64,000 nucleotides of DNA from Novakomyces olei (taxonomy: Eukaryota), in the NCBI GenBank assembly GCA_016906335.1, contig JADEYG010000002.1, forward strand, positions 620,001 to 684,000, in the 5' to 3' direction. Position numbers and translations under genes: made by a program. Under the pieces are notes generated by a model. It searched no databases. It was not told where the DNA came from and saw only the letters and a list, made by a program, of their open reading frames with translations. Positions 29,174 through 42,282 of the stretch are shown here, piece after piece (within the stretch, counting starts at the first letter, position 1; each line of letters starts with the position of its first letter).

Positions 29174-29375
29174 GGCATGAATTGCACAAAACATGTACTT
29201 GTACAATTTTATACATTGAACTATACATTAATTTGTAAACATCTTTTGCAATAAATTTATATTTACAGCCGCAGCTCTGCCATCTATACCGGAATGTGCC
29301 TGATTAGACTTGCTAATGCCACCTTTATACACAGTACAATGAGACGGACAAGACGTTGTTCTTGTTTTCAATACA

Positions 29376-30279
29376 TCAGCTGCTCTTTACCAACTCGCTC
29401 GCCTCTTCTGGCGACACCGGCTTATCCGACCCATCGACGACGGTGAAGGCAATGCAAAAGAAAATGTCACCGGTCCGTTTGGATTTGCAAGTATACCGCA
29501 AAGGCTGTCCGTCCCAAAACTGCAAGGCTGGAAGCGGCCACGGCACGTAAGGCAGGTTGATGGCAATGTGCTGAAAATCAATGTAAGGATTACTGAAATC
29601 AAACATGACAAGTGTCTCTCGGCCAACTGCAACTGCCTTGCGCTTTGCAGGATCAGCCATAAAAGCTTTCCGTGCTTTAGCAGACGCGTCTGCTCCATCA
29701 GCCGCCCAAAGTCGTCCGCTGTCCTCTGTACCGCGTTGCAGTAGCGATGCACTGTATTCGCCCGTGTGCCGAACTTGCACGATATTTGCTGTGGCTAAAA
29801 GAGGCGAAAATGCGTACGGTTTGTCAGCGTACGCGTCAATTTCCATACAAGGATCTATAATATGTAAAGCGCGTAGCGCCAACGATGTTCCCCTGAAAAG
29901 TATGAGCAAAAAGAATGAGCAAAAACAAGTAGATAAAATAGCAAAGACGATATTACGTAGGCAGATTGTCCCTTATCGGCCGATCAAAGTCATTGCCAAA
30001 CAGTATATCGTCAGCAGTCAGCCCAGTGTCCTTGAAACTCCCAGCGGCCTGAATACTAAAAGTATCGTTGCTGCCGTCAAAGTAGGCTTGATCGTGAGGC
30101 TGTGATCCAGCGGCAGTATTAGCCTCCGACCCGTTCGTAAAATCGTTGATGCGCACACAAACACGTCCAGAAAAATGCTCTGAGCTTATTTCTGTCGCGC
30201 GCTCAGCACCGCCATTAACACTGGCAGGCGTCAAATCGTCGTGCGATGGGCCAATGCTGACGGCAATGCGCAAAGGCAT
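29376..30279 (-). CDS. DUF1769 (UPF0590) family protein; intron 29893-29956
   Basis: FSGRVCVRI, FSIQ, DDILFGNDFDRPIRDNLP, ADKPYAFSPLL, DFSNPYIDF, WDGQPLRY. Confidence 0.85.
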
Positions 30280-30858
30280 TGTAACGTCAATGATATCATC
30301 CAGCCTTGCCGACCTCTCGCAATACCAGGTAAACCCTAACCCTAACCCCACTTTGATCAGAATGTCCTTAATGGGCACAGTGTAGGGAGTGGGGGACAGC
30401 CAGTGCTGCATACAGTATTACATAAAACAATACGCATAGTAAAATGTAAAATATGCAAAGTAAATACAATCAATTATAGAAAGTATACATGAAAAACGCA
30501 TGTAAACTGTATATACGAGCACGACACAAGAGACCAAATATACCGTGTTTATTATGTATACACAGTTACTGACACAAAGCTAAACGCATCGATCGCCACA
30601 CTGATCCTCAGAGCACCGTCGCCCTGACAGATTTGCGTCGGGTCCGTGGGTAGATATAGGCGTCTGACCCGTCAGCACGTAGACAGCAGCAGCAACGTGC
30701 TATAGCGAACGCGTTCGTTGCGCGTAGTCGCCTTGGGTCACGCAGATTTCTTCAGTTTACACGCCAGAGTCTGCTTTCAGCTAATGTGATTATATTGTTT
30801 TGTTTCCTGCTCCCCTATTTGTTTGAGTTTGTGTTCGCAGGGAAAAATACTGCTCGCG

Positions 30859-33072
30859 ATGGATTCGAAACTGAGCTCAAACAATCCGTTCCGATCAATT
30901 CTTGAGTCAAAGGCGAGTGGGAACATTGCCCATCGCCGTTCGCCTTCGCCCCCACAGCTACCGCGCTCAAAACCTACAAATCCGTTTTTGGTTCCGGAGC
31001 TGGACGATTTTGCTTTTGATGTTTCGCATACAGTTTTGGCGCCACAGCAGCATTCACGGTCAGACTACCACCGTGGCCGTTCTCCCAACAAGGTTTGTAT
31101 TTACAATTATTTAATTTAATTTAATTTAATTTATTTATTTATGTATTTTGTTTTATAATGGGCCTGCTTTATTTTTTTCTGTCTGTCACATTTGCGTTTG
31201 GTACTTATGGAGGCGTTTTTCCATTCTATTATAAATGTTTGCGTTGATATGGTTTATACGCTTTTAGTTATCTCCATTTCCTGTATTGCGGCGATTGATT
31301 TAATGTCTCACCCGGTACTCCTACTCGCCACGAGTCACATGATTTTTACGACCACGTGATGATTTCATAATGCCGCTTGTTTTGTTGAAATGCTGTGTCT
31401 TTGCTTTACGTTTGTTCTTCCAGTATGAGGCCTTTTTGCATCACATGATCATTATGCATTGCGCATTTATCTACTGAGAATTGCAGCTTTATCACCAGTC
31501 ATCATTTATTTTGCCGATAAGCTTTGAATAGAAACCTGTGTGTTTTTTTTTTTTATTTTTCCTCTTCGGTTTTTGTTTAATTTTTTTTTTAATTCCCTGT
31601 TTGGTCAAATTGTTTTTTTCTTTATTGTTTGCCAAAACAGCCATTCCCTTTCGCCCCCGAACGTTTGATTTTACAAGGCCAATTTCACGAATAAATTCAC
31701 GCATTGAGCCCAATAATTAACTGCCCAGGATACATCCCAAACTTTAATTGACGTTGGTTCTCGGCCAAGTTCGGCGGACTCTGCGCTGCGTACTCGGACG
31801 CACAACTACGAGAGCCGTAATCGGCACCGCTCGTCATCAATGACGAAACCCGATCGTTCTGGCCGGGATCGATTGGGCACGAAAAACTCTGGGGTATCGG
31901 CAATGTCGTCTTCTCCAGACAAACGGCATGGCAAAATTGCAGGAGGCGGCTCCTCCTCCTCCAACTCTGGATCCTCTCGGCGCAATGAAACGGAAGAGCA
32001 AAGAGCAGAGCGGCATCGTAGAAGGCGAGAGCGTGAGCGGGAAAGAGACCATGAAGACCGGCATAGGTCGGGCAGCGGTCGCAGCCGTAAAAACGGCAGT
32101 AGTAATCACCACCATTCCAAAGACACTGCGGGCAATTCGGGAGACAAACCACGCAGCTCTGGAGACAAGACAAAGTCAGGCAAGAAGCCTCCAAATTCAC
32201 TAGACAAGATTGATCGTCTAGATGTTACTGGACTATACGGCAATGGGTTCCATCACGATGGACCGTTTGATGCGTGCAATCCTTCGCGTAATAAGAACCA
32301 GCAAAAAGCGCCTGTTATGGCTTTCCCCGAGGATTCAGTGAGCAATACAATGAAACTTGGAGTTCCTGTCCCCGAGTACGATAGAGCTAGGCTGTTTGGT
32401 GAAGAGCCAGAGGCGTATGAGGACTTTGCTAATGCTCACAATGGCAGTAATAATATCGGCCATCACGCTGCAGGCAAACTCCGGCCGGCGCTTGAGGCTG
32501 TTTCAGTGGCCTCAGCGTTTGATCCAAAGCAGCCTGCTCGGGTTCATGGAGACGAGTCTCTGGGTTTGGGCACTACTACTTTTCTTGAAGGAACGCCGGC
32601 ATTCACTGCCAGCCGGCCAATGCAGAGAGCTCATTCTGACTCACGGACGCCGACAGACAACAGTTTTCTGCCTAGAAATGGCGAAAAGGATGGTGGTGAT
32701 GGTCGATTTTTGGCTCCTCTAGGTGCTGGAGGACTCGGGCGTAAACTGAGTCTCGCTCAAAGGCTTCGCAAAACGAGTAAAAGCGTTTCCTCTACCGCGG
32801 AGTCTTCGGGCAGTCTTCCTTCTTCCTCTTTAAATTTGCCATCCGCCAATTCGTCTACTTCTGCTTCTGCTTCTGCTTCTGCTTCTGCTTCTGCTGCTGC
32901 TTCGGGCAAGGAAGCAGTTGATACGGCTGTTGTTGCGTTCAGTGACAATAATCTGGGCCGAACACAATCGCAGGAAAAGACGCGTCGAGATCCATCGGCC
33001 TCAGCGGGCGGAAACGGGTTGCTGAAACGAGTACGGAGTCTTCGTGTCAGTGGTAAACGGGCAAATTCATGA
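30859..33072 (+). CDS. PAL1: Pal1 cell morphology protein; intron 31093-31728
   Basis: NPF motifs, LDKIDRLDVTGLYG, FHHDGPFDACNP, HGDESLGLGTTTFLEGTPA, LLKRVRSLRV. Confidence 0.9.
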
Positions 33073-33979
33073 TTTGGGACTGGATATACGACAGACTTTA
33101 TCAGTCTTTGCAGAGAACCATTAAGGGTAGTCAAGACCGGAAAACGAACAGACAAAAAGATCATTTATGTATTTTCTGGGAATAAAAGGACGAAAAGAGA
33201 GAGGCATTTCATATAAATACGCACACCCTGGTCATCTATTTCCTCGGTCTGATCTCTGTTTCTATTCTTTCTCACATTCGATTCTCATTTTTGGACTAGA
33301 TAACTCTTGAATAATCTGTGTTTGGATTAAAGTGGTTGGAGCTTGGTTCTTTTAGCTTAATACATTAATCATGCTAGTTGTATTTTGGAAACGCGCCTAT
33401 TGTGATTTTTTGATGGCATGGTACAGCTGGAACCCGTGTTTTTCTATTCGTTTTAATCCCAATTTTGAGAAATCTTTAATCCGGCACGTACAGAGCAATT
33501 TTGGCCAGATAAATATATGCAGAACCAATTTGTTGATGGATTTCTTTTATTTGCGGCGCCAACATTTTTTTTACAAGCAGGGAAATTTTAATAAAGGCAA
33601 CTAGTACGGTCGAGTGCCACTATAATATTTACTGTCTCGATATATTAATATAGTTGATATAAAATGAATAATTGAATATATATATATTATAGGTTTAGTG
33701 CTGTAATGTTACTTGATCACAATTACCCGCATTACGTCGTTTACATGTATATTTATGTGCAAAAATATTCCCGCATCCTATCATCATTATAGAATAGTGG
33801 CATAAATGTGTATTGCCAAGTTATACAGCTCGTGGGACAATGGATAAGTGTAAATTGTATTAGTGGAGTGAGTAATTCGCAATAGAAATTTATTATAATT
33901 ATCATTAGAAAAAGGGAGAAGAACGAAAAAATTAAAAGGCCATTAGATCAGTGACTGCCTTTGCCTGAAAGACTCAGCA

Positions 33980-35897
33980 ATGGCTGCGGTCAACAGCAAA
34001 AACTTGTTTGCGCTTCTTGGTAAGTTGTCTGGTTTTGATTCTGTTATATTTGCTTGCTCTTTTCCCATTGGCTTTTGCTGCACGATCGACTGGTCCCGGC
34101 GCTACTTGTCTCATTGTATATGAGGGAGGGAAAATTTTTTTTTCCTCAAAAGTTCTTGTGGCTGCTTTGGCAGAGAAGAGTTTTTGGTTGGCAGTCTCTG
34201 CCTTACACCTAATTCCATCACTGCCTGAGCGGGAAACGCTTTACTGCTCAATTGACTTGAAATTTCAGTATTATTATACTGAAAAGCGGGGCTAGCTTTG
34301 CGGGTCTCAGGCACAATAGTCGGATCCTGAGGCTGGCGAGTTTCCCTTCATCAATGAAGGGCTGATTTTACACCAATGCAGTAGTCTGAATAGGCCAACT
34401 GCGCGGATAAGCATCCAGCGAGAGCCGTTAACGGGTTTGCCAATGGCGTACTGAGGATTGATTTGTGTCTGCAGATTCCTGTTACATCGAACTGCGTTTA
34501 TGCACTGATCAATGATGGCTATGCAGTGAGACTCTGGAGCAATTGCACTCTACGAATTGGGTTTTGTACATCAGCGTGTTTAGCCTACTTTGTTGAGAAT
34601 AGACTTATTTCACGACACTTTTTTCGAGGGCCAGTTTGATCCAGATGCAGTGCAGCGTTAACCTTTAATACTAACAGCTCAGGCGAAGACGACACCGACG
34701 GTCAACCTCGTGTCTACGATAAAACTGCACCTCCCCGTCAGCCTGCACCTGCAAAGGAGATTTCTTCTAAGGACACGCACTCTCATAAGCGCAATCCTAA
34801 TGCACCAACGCCGCGTGAGCGTCACTTGAAAACCTCGACTGAGGGCAAGACTTTTAAGGAGCGCTCTCGTCTTGGAGGAAATGAAGGAGGTAAGCCTGCC
34901 AAGATATTACAGCAACAGTCGACTGGAAGATTAAACAGAGACAACTATATCATACAAATAAAGGGATTAATATATATTATTAATTTTATTTTATTTTATT
35001 TTATTTTCATTTAATTTCAATATTACATCAGTAATTTGTGTTGGCCTATTTGAGTTTATCATATGCTGCTTTTTTACTGTTATGTACTGTCGTTTTTCGT
35101 ACTAATTTCCAGCTTTCCGCGACAGGGCAGCAGGCCACCAGGTCAACCAGGCCAAGCCTCTTGAAGAAAACCCTGCCTCAGGAAAACGTCCTACTCCGGT
35201 CTTCAACAAGCCACGTGGAGGAGCACGTGGACGTGGCCGTGGAGGCGAACGCGGTCGTGAGTTCGATCGTCGCTCGTCTACTGGCGTTCGTGATACGCCA
35301 AAGAACGTGACGCGTGGCTGGGGAGAGGAAGCTTCTGCTGAAGCTACTGCCGAATCTCTGGCGGCCAAGGATCGTGATGAGGAGGCAGTTGAGGACGCGG
35401 TACCTACTGAAAAGGGCCCAGAGGGCGATGACGTTGTTGTCCCCGAAGACTCTGAGGATGCTGTCCCTAACGAAAAGTCCTATGACGAGTATCTCGCTGA
35501 GCTCAAGGCCAAGAGCCCAGCGGTATCAGCGCTGAAGCCTCGTGAGGCTGAGGGAGGAGATGAGTTTGTTCAATCTGGACGTTTGAACAAGCCGTCGGAT
35601 GAGGACGCCAGCTATTTCAATTTCGGATCTAAGAAGGAGCATAAAAAGGATAAAAGCAGCAAGAAACAAGGGAAACAATACGTTGAAATTGAGCAAATTT
35701 ATGCTCCTACCCCGGCTGAACGTGGCCGTGGAGGCAGCGGCAATGGCCGTGGAGGCCCTCGTGGTGGTGGCGGGCGTGGACGTGGCAATGGCAGTTCTCG
35801 TGGAGGTTCTCGAGGCGGCCACGATCGTCCGGCCGGTCGACCTGCTGCTTCGCGCCCCGTCGAGTTTAACGAGACCAACTTTCCCGCACTGGCGTGA
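33980..35897 (+). CDS. STM1: Stm1/Oga1/SERBP1-family ribosome hibernation protein; introns 34020-34682 and ~34890-35112
   Basis: N-terminal SKNLFALLG, REFDRRSSTG, GWG, KSYDEYLAE, RGG boxes, C-terminal NFPAL. Confidence 0.9.
34203..34620 (+). ncRNA. Candidate large structured intronic RNA with H/ACA-like 3' end
   Basis: Nested stems; ANANNA box ACATCA at 34568-34573; terminal hairpin CGTG..CACG; ACA followed by 3 nt. Confidence 0.45.
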
Positions 35898-36445
35898 ACT
35901 TGCTAGTTAAATCATTGACCTTTCTAATCTGATCTAGCTCCAGGTTTTAAATGTTTATTTTCAACAGCATAGTCGAGGCAAATGTGTGTGTCTGGGCTAG
36001 TCGTTACGTAGCCCTTACTTTCTAAAAGTCTCTCTTATATTGATTTTCCTGCTCTATATGTTCTTTTACTCTATCGTAGTCTTAGTTTTGTAGCCTACAC
36101 ACTTGACTGACTGTAAACTGGTGGAGGTGTTGTGTAGCACTGCAAAAAGGCAAAACTGACGTCTATCGAATGGCTGAGGTCGATTTTAAATAATACAATT
36201 TAATTTAAAATAATTTGGTCTACCTTTACGCTTTTTTAGCGCATAAGGACCAATGCCGTAACATTGGTCCCACTTTCACAACCCGTTTGGCCTATGTAAG
36301 CCTTCTTCACATGCGGGGAACATGTCAGCTTTTACATCATGGGAAGCAGAATTCTAAGATAAAAGGACGCGAATCCCTGATCAGTTTTCTCCACAACCCA
36401 CTCACTGACAAACGCATTTGAGAGAGAGTTTACACACAACCTAAT

Positions 36446-36649
36446 ATGTCTGAGCAAGTCAAAGAAGCGGCTGAAAAGGCCTCAGACGCTGTGAACCAAG
36501 GAATCGAGACTATGCAACAAACATCGCAAGATGCTCTTCAAGGCGCCCAAGATATGGCCCGCGACGCGGCAGAGGGACTCAGCGGTGCTGCTAATGACGC
36601 ACAAGCTCAAGCACAGGACGTCAGCAGCAAAGCAATGGACTCGATCTAG
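36446..36649 (+). CDS. Small LEA/hydrophilin-like stress protein (67 aa)
   Basis: A/Q/D/E-rich amphipathic repeats; clean ATG-to-stop ORF in an otherwise empty interval. Confidence 0.6.
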   Translation: MSEQVKEAAEKASDAVNQGIETMQQTSQDALQGAQDMARDAAEGLSGAANDAQAQAQDVSSKAMDSI

Positions 36650-37122
36650 AGATAGTACAGTTCTTTTTCGTGTCGCCCCATGATTATTTTGCAAAAAAAC
36701 GAGCTGCTTTTTGTGTTTTTGGATTGCCTTATTGTTTTCTCGCGTTTCTCGCAAATATTTTCCTCATTGCAAGTTACTACATAGTGAATTAAACGTCAAT
36801 TTGGATTGAACATTTGGCCAAATGGACTCCAGTCGGCAGCTTTGCTGATGGCGGCCATTGTAGCTACTGCGCGCGAATACGTCATGAGTAGTAGTTATTG
36901 TGACTTGTGCTCGTTGTAAAGTCATTCAGCAGCAAAACCAGCATTATAGCGACTCCGCTAATATAGTAGATTATTATATCGTAGATTATAATATAGTAGA
37001 TTATAATATTAATTGCGTTAGATAAGCGTAAATAGACGTATATATATCAAGTCAGTTCTTGATCAGTCGTACGGAGTAGGCAGAAAGGACGGGTCGACAA
37101 ATATCGCAGTTCGCCTTTCAGT

Positions 37123-38302
37123 ATGCGGAAAAAAGTCTTGTTGATGGGCAAATCGTATGCAATGCAAAAGAAAACACGAAAGATATATGATTTATATAAC
37201 TGCGTTGTTTGATCTTGTTCTAACGTTAAAGTGGCTCGGGAAAGTCGAGCATGCGCAGTATTGTCTTTAGCAATTACGTCGCCAAGGACACGCAGCGATT
37301 AGGCGCTACAAGTGAGTCGTAAATGAACAAGAAAATTAATAAACAAAATGCTCCAGAGCATTAACATCTCCTTTAGTTGACGTGGAGCATTCACACGTGC
37401 GTTTTCTCGGGAACCTTGTCCTCAACTTGTGGGACTGTGGAGGGTTTGTATTCTGTACTTTTCAAGCTAATCTTCTAGACAGGATGCGTTTATGGAGAAC
37501 TACCTCGCCACGCAGAGAGACCATGTATTTAGAAACGTTGAAGTGCTGATCTATGTGTTTGATATCGAGTCGCGTGAGTTTGATCGGGATTTGCACACTT
37601 TTGACTCGTGCTTGGATGCTCTGAGGCAGAATTCGCCGCAGGCACGAGTGTTCTGTCTTGTGCACAAGATGGATCTTGTTCAGGACGAATTACGGGAGCA
37701 GATTTTTGCTGAAAGACGGCAGATTTTGCTTGCACGCGCAGGCGGACTGGAAATGACTTGTCTCGCCACCTCAATCTGGGACGAGACGCTGTACAAGGTA
37801 TAAAAAACATTGTATACTAGATCGGCATACTGATAGCCAGGCGTGGTCGAGTATTGTGTACACGCTTATCCCCAATATTCCTACACTTGAACGCCATCTT
37901 CGATCGTTTGTAGACAAAATGGAAGCACAAGAAGTCGTGCTATTTGAGCGGACGACTTTTCTCGTCATTTCACATGCTTCAGCACCTTCAAGCTCGGCTG
38001 CTATGGACCCACACCGGTTTGAAAAGATCAGTAATATCGTGAAGCAGTTCAAGTTGTCGTGTACAAAGATACAGAGCCAGTTTACTTCGTTTGAGCTCCG
38101 AACCAGCATGTTTTTCGCCTTTATTGCTCCTTATACGAACGACACCTATGTAATGGTCGTTGTTAATGACCCTACTATACGTAAGCTCTCGAGTACTTTG
38201 CAATTACTCACATACAACTTAGACTCGGCTACCACACTGCTCAACATCCAAATTGCCAGAGCAAGGTTTGATCAAGAGCAGGCACAGTTGGAGGCTGTTT
38301 AA
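37123..38302 (+). CDS. GTR1: Rag GTPase Gtr1/RagA; five short introns
   Basis: Spliced [68 protein letters not shown]. Confidence 0.97.
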
Positions 38303-39149
38303 GCGGATGCCTTATACTTGGCGTAATGAGATACTACTATACCCATGTCTGCGTCTGGCTTTTATTTATTCGAGTAAAGCATTGTGGTTTACCCACGGTC
38401 GCGGATGTTTGTCCATAAAGTAGATATAATTAGTGATGTGTTTGCTCGTGTATATATTCTGGTCCTATATAGAAATGAAACGTTGCCTTTTGGTTGCGTA
38501 TACTGAAACGCCGTCCGCCGTTCTGTCACGACTATACTTTTCACCTTTAGTAGTGATAAGTCAGCACGATCTCAAATCTAAACGAGTATTTCTATTTCGA
38601 CTCATCCCTTGTATAATTGTATTGCCCACGAAATGTCTACTCGGCAACGGCAAATACCGTGGAGGAAAGCAATGATCCAATAAGAATCGCACAGTAAAGT
38701 TAGAAAAAAATAAAATAAGTAAAGCAAAGCAATAATCTAACATTAATATTATTAGTCATTCCTATATTGCCAATCTTAATTGTCTCGTGCGAATGTTCGG
38801 TCCCGCAGTGATCTGAATTACTTGAATATAGTCTTTGTAATGAGACACCCATGACCGCTTACTTGTACCTTTTAGCAAGCAATATCAAGTAATTTTTCAG
38901 CGCGCCCGCGTAAACAAACCGCCTGCCCGATTCGGTTCAGGTTAACAAACAAGGGCGATCAGAGTCTGCGCGTCACTTTTATAAAAGAAGCAGAGCAATT
39001 GACGCGCTGTTTGTTGCTTCACAACGGCCGCCTTTATCTTTTGAAAAGTTAAGCACCGACGCGTCAGCAGACGCTCGGTGGTTGGCTTTTTCCCGTATCT
39101 TATTCGCCGCCCGTATACTTAAAGCAAAGGATCAGTATTCGTTACCGAT

Positions 39150-41853
39150 ATGGGCACCGACACGCAAAGGCACAAGAAAATACATATACGCCATATAAGC
39201 GATCCTAAAGCGCGGGTCAAGACGTTCCTTCGTCGGCGCAATGGGATTTTACGCAAAGCTCACGAGCTATCGGTGCTCTGTGGAGCCCGTATAGAGATTG
39301 TTATGATGGACGAGAAGAATATGTGCCATGTGGTATGGTCTACTAACGCAAATGCAACCGTTTCTTTTTGCCCACTTTGAAATTGCTCTTTTCTCGAAGG
39401 CTGAGCGTGGCTTTGTTTGTTTTTTCAGTTTTTTTTTTTTTCAGATTTTTTTTGTTTATTTTTTTCGTTGCTTGTTTACGTCTAACACGAACAGTACTCG
39501 TCGACCGACACGGATCAAGACCAGCTGCTCAAAACTTACTTGAACAAGGCTTTTATAACCGTTGATCCCCGCCGCAATTATGATATTGATACGGAAATTG
39601 GGTACGAGAGCTGGAGCCTGGAGGAATTATACCTGCTTTTATATTCTTTCTAGTTTAAGTCTTTTTTAAAGCTCTTGTTGTCCAAATTTTGAATTTTAAC
39701 TGTTTTTTATTTTTCAATTTAACTGACAAAAAAGTTGCCCGGATATGCCACAGGAAAGGGTGGCTATAGTCACGCATTACCGTGTTCTAACAGCTTCGGA
39801 AAGAGCAGCACAAAAGTCATTGGGAGCCAAATTTTTGGATGACAATGATGCCGATGACGAAACAGATCAATTGTACGTTGCTGCAACTCCGTCTTTCCAC
39901 ACTTCAACACTCAGCTCGCAAACACCGAGTTCGGTTAGCGAAAGTCAAGGCGCATTTTCTCAGGCAACGCCTTTCTCATATGAATCAGACACTACAGACA
40001 CTCAGCCACAGAACCACCGAGTGCATGACACCGGAGCCTTCAAGCCGCATACGCCTCCAAGTACGAATCTTTCGCATCCACCATCAGCGACTGGTGCAGA
40101 AATAGACAGAGAATCGAACAGGTCGCAAGGCTACTTGAGCCATTTGCCAATGCATGCAGTGCCTCATGATCTACAGCAATTGCCACCGCAATTCCACAAT
40201 GAAATGCATTATCCAGATCCGTACGGAACGCCCAAGGATCCCGTGGATGAACAGAATCCGGCTGATTACAGCAGTCCACACGGGTTCGCGCTGCACGACA
40301 CTCAAAACCTTCAGCCTTATGTTGGACAGGACTACAATGCCGTAAAAGAGCAACAGTCTATGGCGCAGACTTTGCACAATTACCAGCCTCATCATCATCA
40401 GTTCACCAAGCAACGCTCTGTGCCTAATCTTGCTTGGCCGGCAGCTCACGGACTCGGGATTGATGTAGCCGAACTCGGCGTTTCGGCAATATCTTCGGCA
40501 CCGAAGCACTATCACGCACAATACCGAACCCGTGTAAAGCAGGAGGCCAAGAGTCCCAATCCGAATCATAGCCTAACCCCTAATCTAAATATTGATGCCG
40601 GGCTCGCTAATTATCCTTCGGTCTGGTCGCAAGCCGGGGACCTTGCGATTGGTGAAGCTCAAGATCAGCATTGGGGTCATAGTGTACCGGGCTTTAATGC
40701 CTGTGCACCAACTCCCTCAGCTTATTTGCCGCCCAGCGAATCCTTGCCTCCGTCACCTACAAAAGTCTGGCCTGCGTCTCCGAAACGCTCTCCGTCAAAA
40801 TCGCACCTTAAAGCTGCTCTCGCAGCTACATCGCCTTATGCCGGGAATTTTAATAAGAATAATAATGGCAATAATGATGGCAATTATTCCCTTGGTAATC
40901 CCGGACAGAGATCGCCACGACGCAGTGGAGGATTGAGAAAAGCCGCGAGTCATTCTGCTTTGGGAGGAAGAGCAAGGGCGTCTGACTTTAACAATAACAA
41001 TGTTAATCCAAACTACGAACCGCCTCCACCAATGCCCTCACTTGATCTGCTAAGGCAGTATACGAAACAGCAGCAGCAGGAAGCAGACCAGTCTGTCTCT
41101 GTTCAGCCTCAAATGCTGCTAAACTCGTTTGAACCTGGTCAGGTTGCTCCTCGTTTGGCAAAGCAGCCAAACAAGCAGCCAAACAAGCAGCCAAACAAGC
41201 AGCCAAACAAGCAGCCAAGCAAGCAGCCAAGCAAGCAGCCAAGCAAGCAGCCAAACAAGCAGCCAAGCAAGCAGCCTAGCAAGCAGCCAAGTCAATCCAT
41301 GTTTAGCTCTGCGTTTCCAAAGGCTTCACGCTTGAGCACCAAGTCTCCGGCTTTGCAATCGGCCAGTCTTCCTCACTCAGGGCTGAAGACTCCCGATCTG
41401 CAAGCCCAAAGTAGCCATTCACCAGCCCTGCAATCGTCTCCGTCGCCGAAAAGTCGGCATGATCAGTCTGATCAATTGCAGCCACAGCAGCAGCAGTCTC
41501 TGAGTCTTGAAGATTTTTCTTTCCCTCCAAGAGATGAAGGTAGTGCACGAATTGCTCCGTACGATACCCCCACCGTTGCTTCGCAATCAGAGGGCAAAAA
41601 GACTCATATGCGAGGTCTCAGCCTGCTGGATGAAATTACAGCCACGTTTCACGAGCCAACGCCGGCCGTTATGGATGGCAATGAAATGTTTACCGGGTTT
41701 GATGAGGGCAGTAACGGTGGGCAGTATGGGCAGGTTGGAGGTGATTTTGGACGACGTGTGGAGGAGGATATAACGGAGGAAGAAAGCGACAATGAGGAGT
41801 ACGAGTCCGAGTATGTTCGCACATTGGGGTTTGGCACTGAGGGCATATATTAA
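39150..41853 (+). CDS. mbx1: MADS-box transcription factor, fission-yeast Mbx1-like; introns ~39333-39493 and 39602-39734
   Basis: TFLRRRNGILRKAHELSVLC MADS box, spliced CHVYSS..LNKAFITVDP extension as in Mbx1, long disordered tail. Confidence 0.75.
41161..41292 (+). repeat. Coding 12-bp repeat, 11 x KQP[N/S]
   Basis: AAGCAGCCAA(A/G)C tandem units. Confidence 0.95.
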
Positions 41854-42282
41854 AAAGTGATATCCTTGTCGATTTTTGGAAAATTTCTGCCGTGGCGTTT
41901 GCATTCTATTGCCATATCCATTCTTTTGGTCATGTTTGTTGGGTTTTGCTTGCTTGATACGGTGCTTTTGGATATAAATAATAATTAATTCAACTATTAT
42001 AATAATTATACTAGAATTGAACGTAATACTAGAATAATAAATATAATACGACTCATACCATCAAGCAGATTTAATCGCCAGCACATGTAACCTTGCAAGC
42101 AATATTGCTTGCGAGTAGAGGTGTACAGCTATGGGCTTACGGGTTCACATATCGCTTATATTATATGACTAAATATATAACAATTTTATAGAGCAATTGA
42201 ACCAAAGATACACAGAGCACAGAGCAATTGGACATAAAAGTCATGTATTAAAGCAGGCATTGTGTCTGTCAATTGCCACTGA

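Noticed and set aside
31356-31477. Possible C/D snoRNA in the 636-nt PAL1 intron (GTGATGA..CTGA)
   Set aside because: No terminal stem and only about 8 nt of possible rRNA complementarity; not supportable without cmscan or snoscan
34020-34682. Telomerase RNA, snR30 or RNase P/MRP identity for the STM1 intron
   Set aside because: No CUAACCCUAA-type template, no snR30 m1/m2 pair in the terminal hairpin, and no RNase P/MRP conserved boxes recognised
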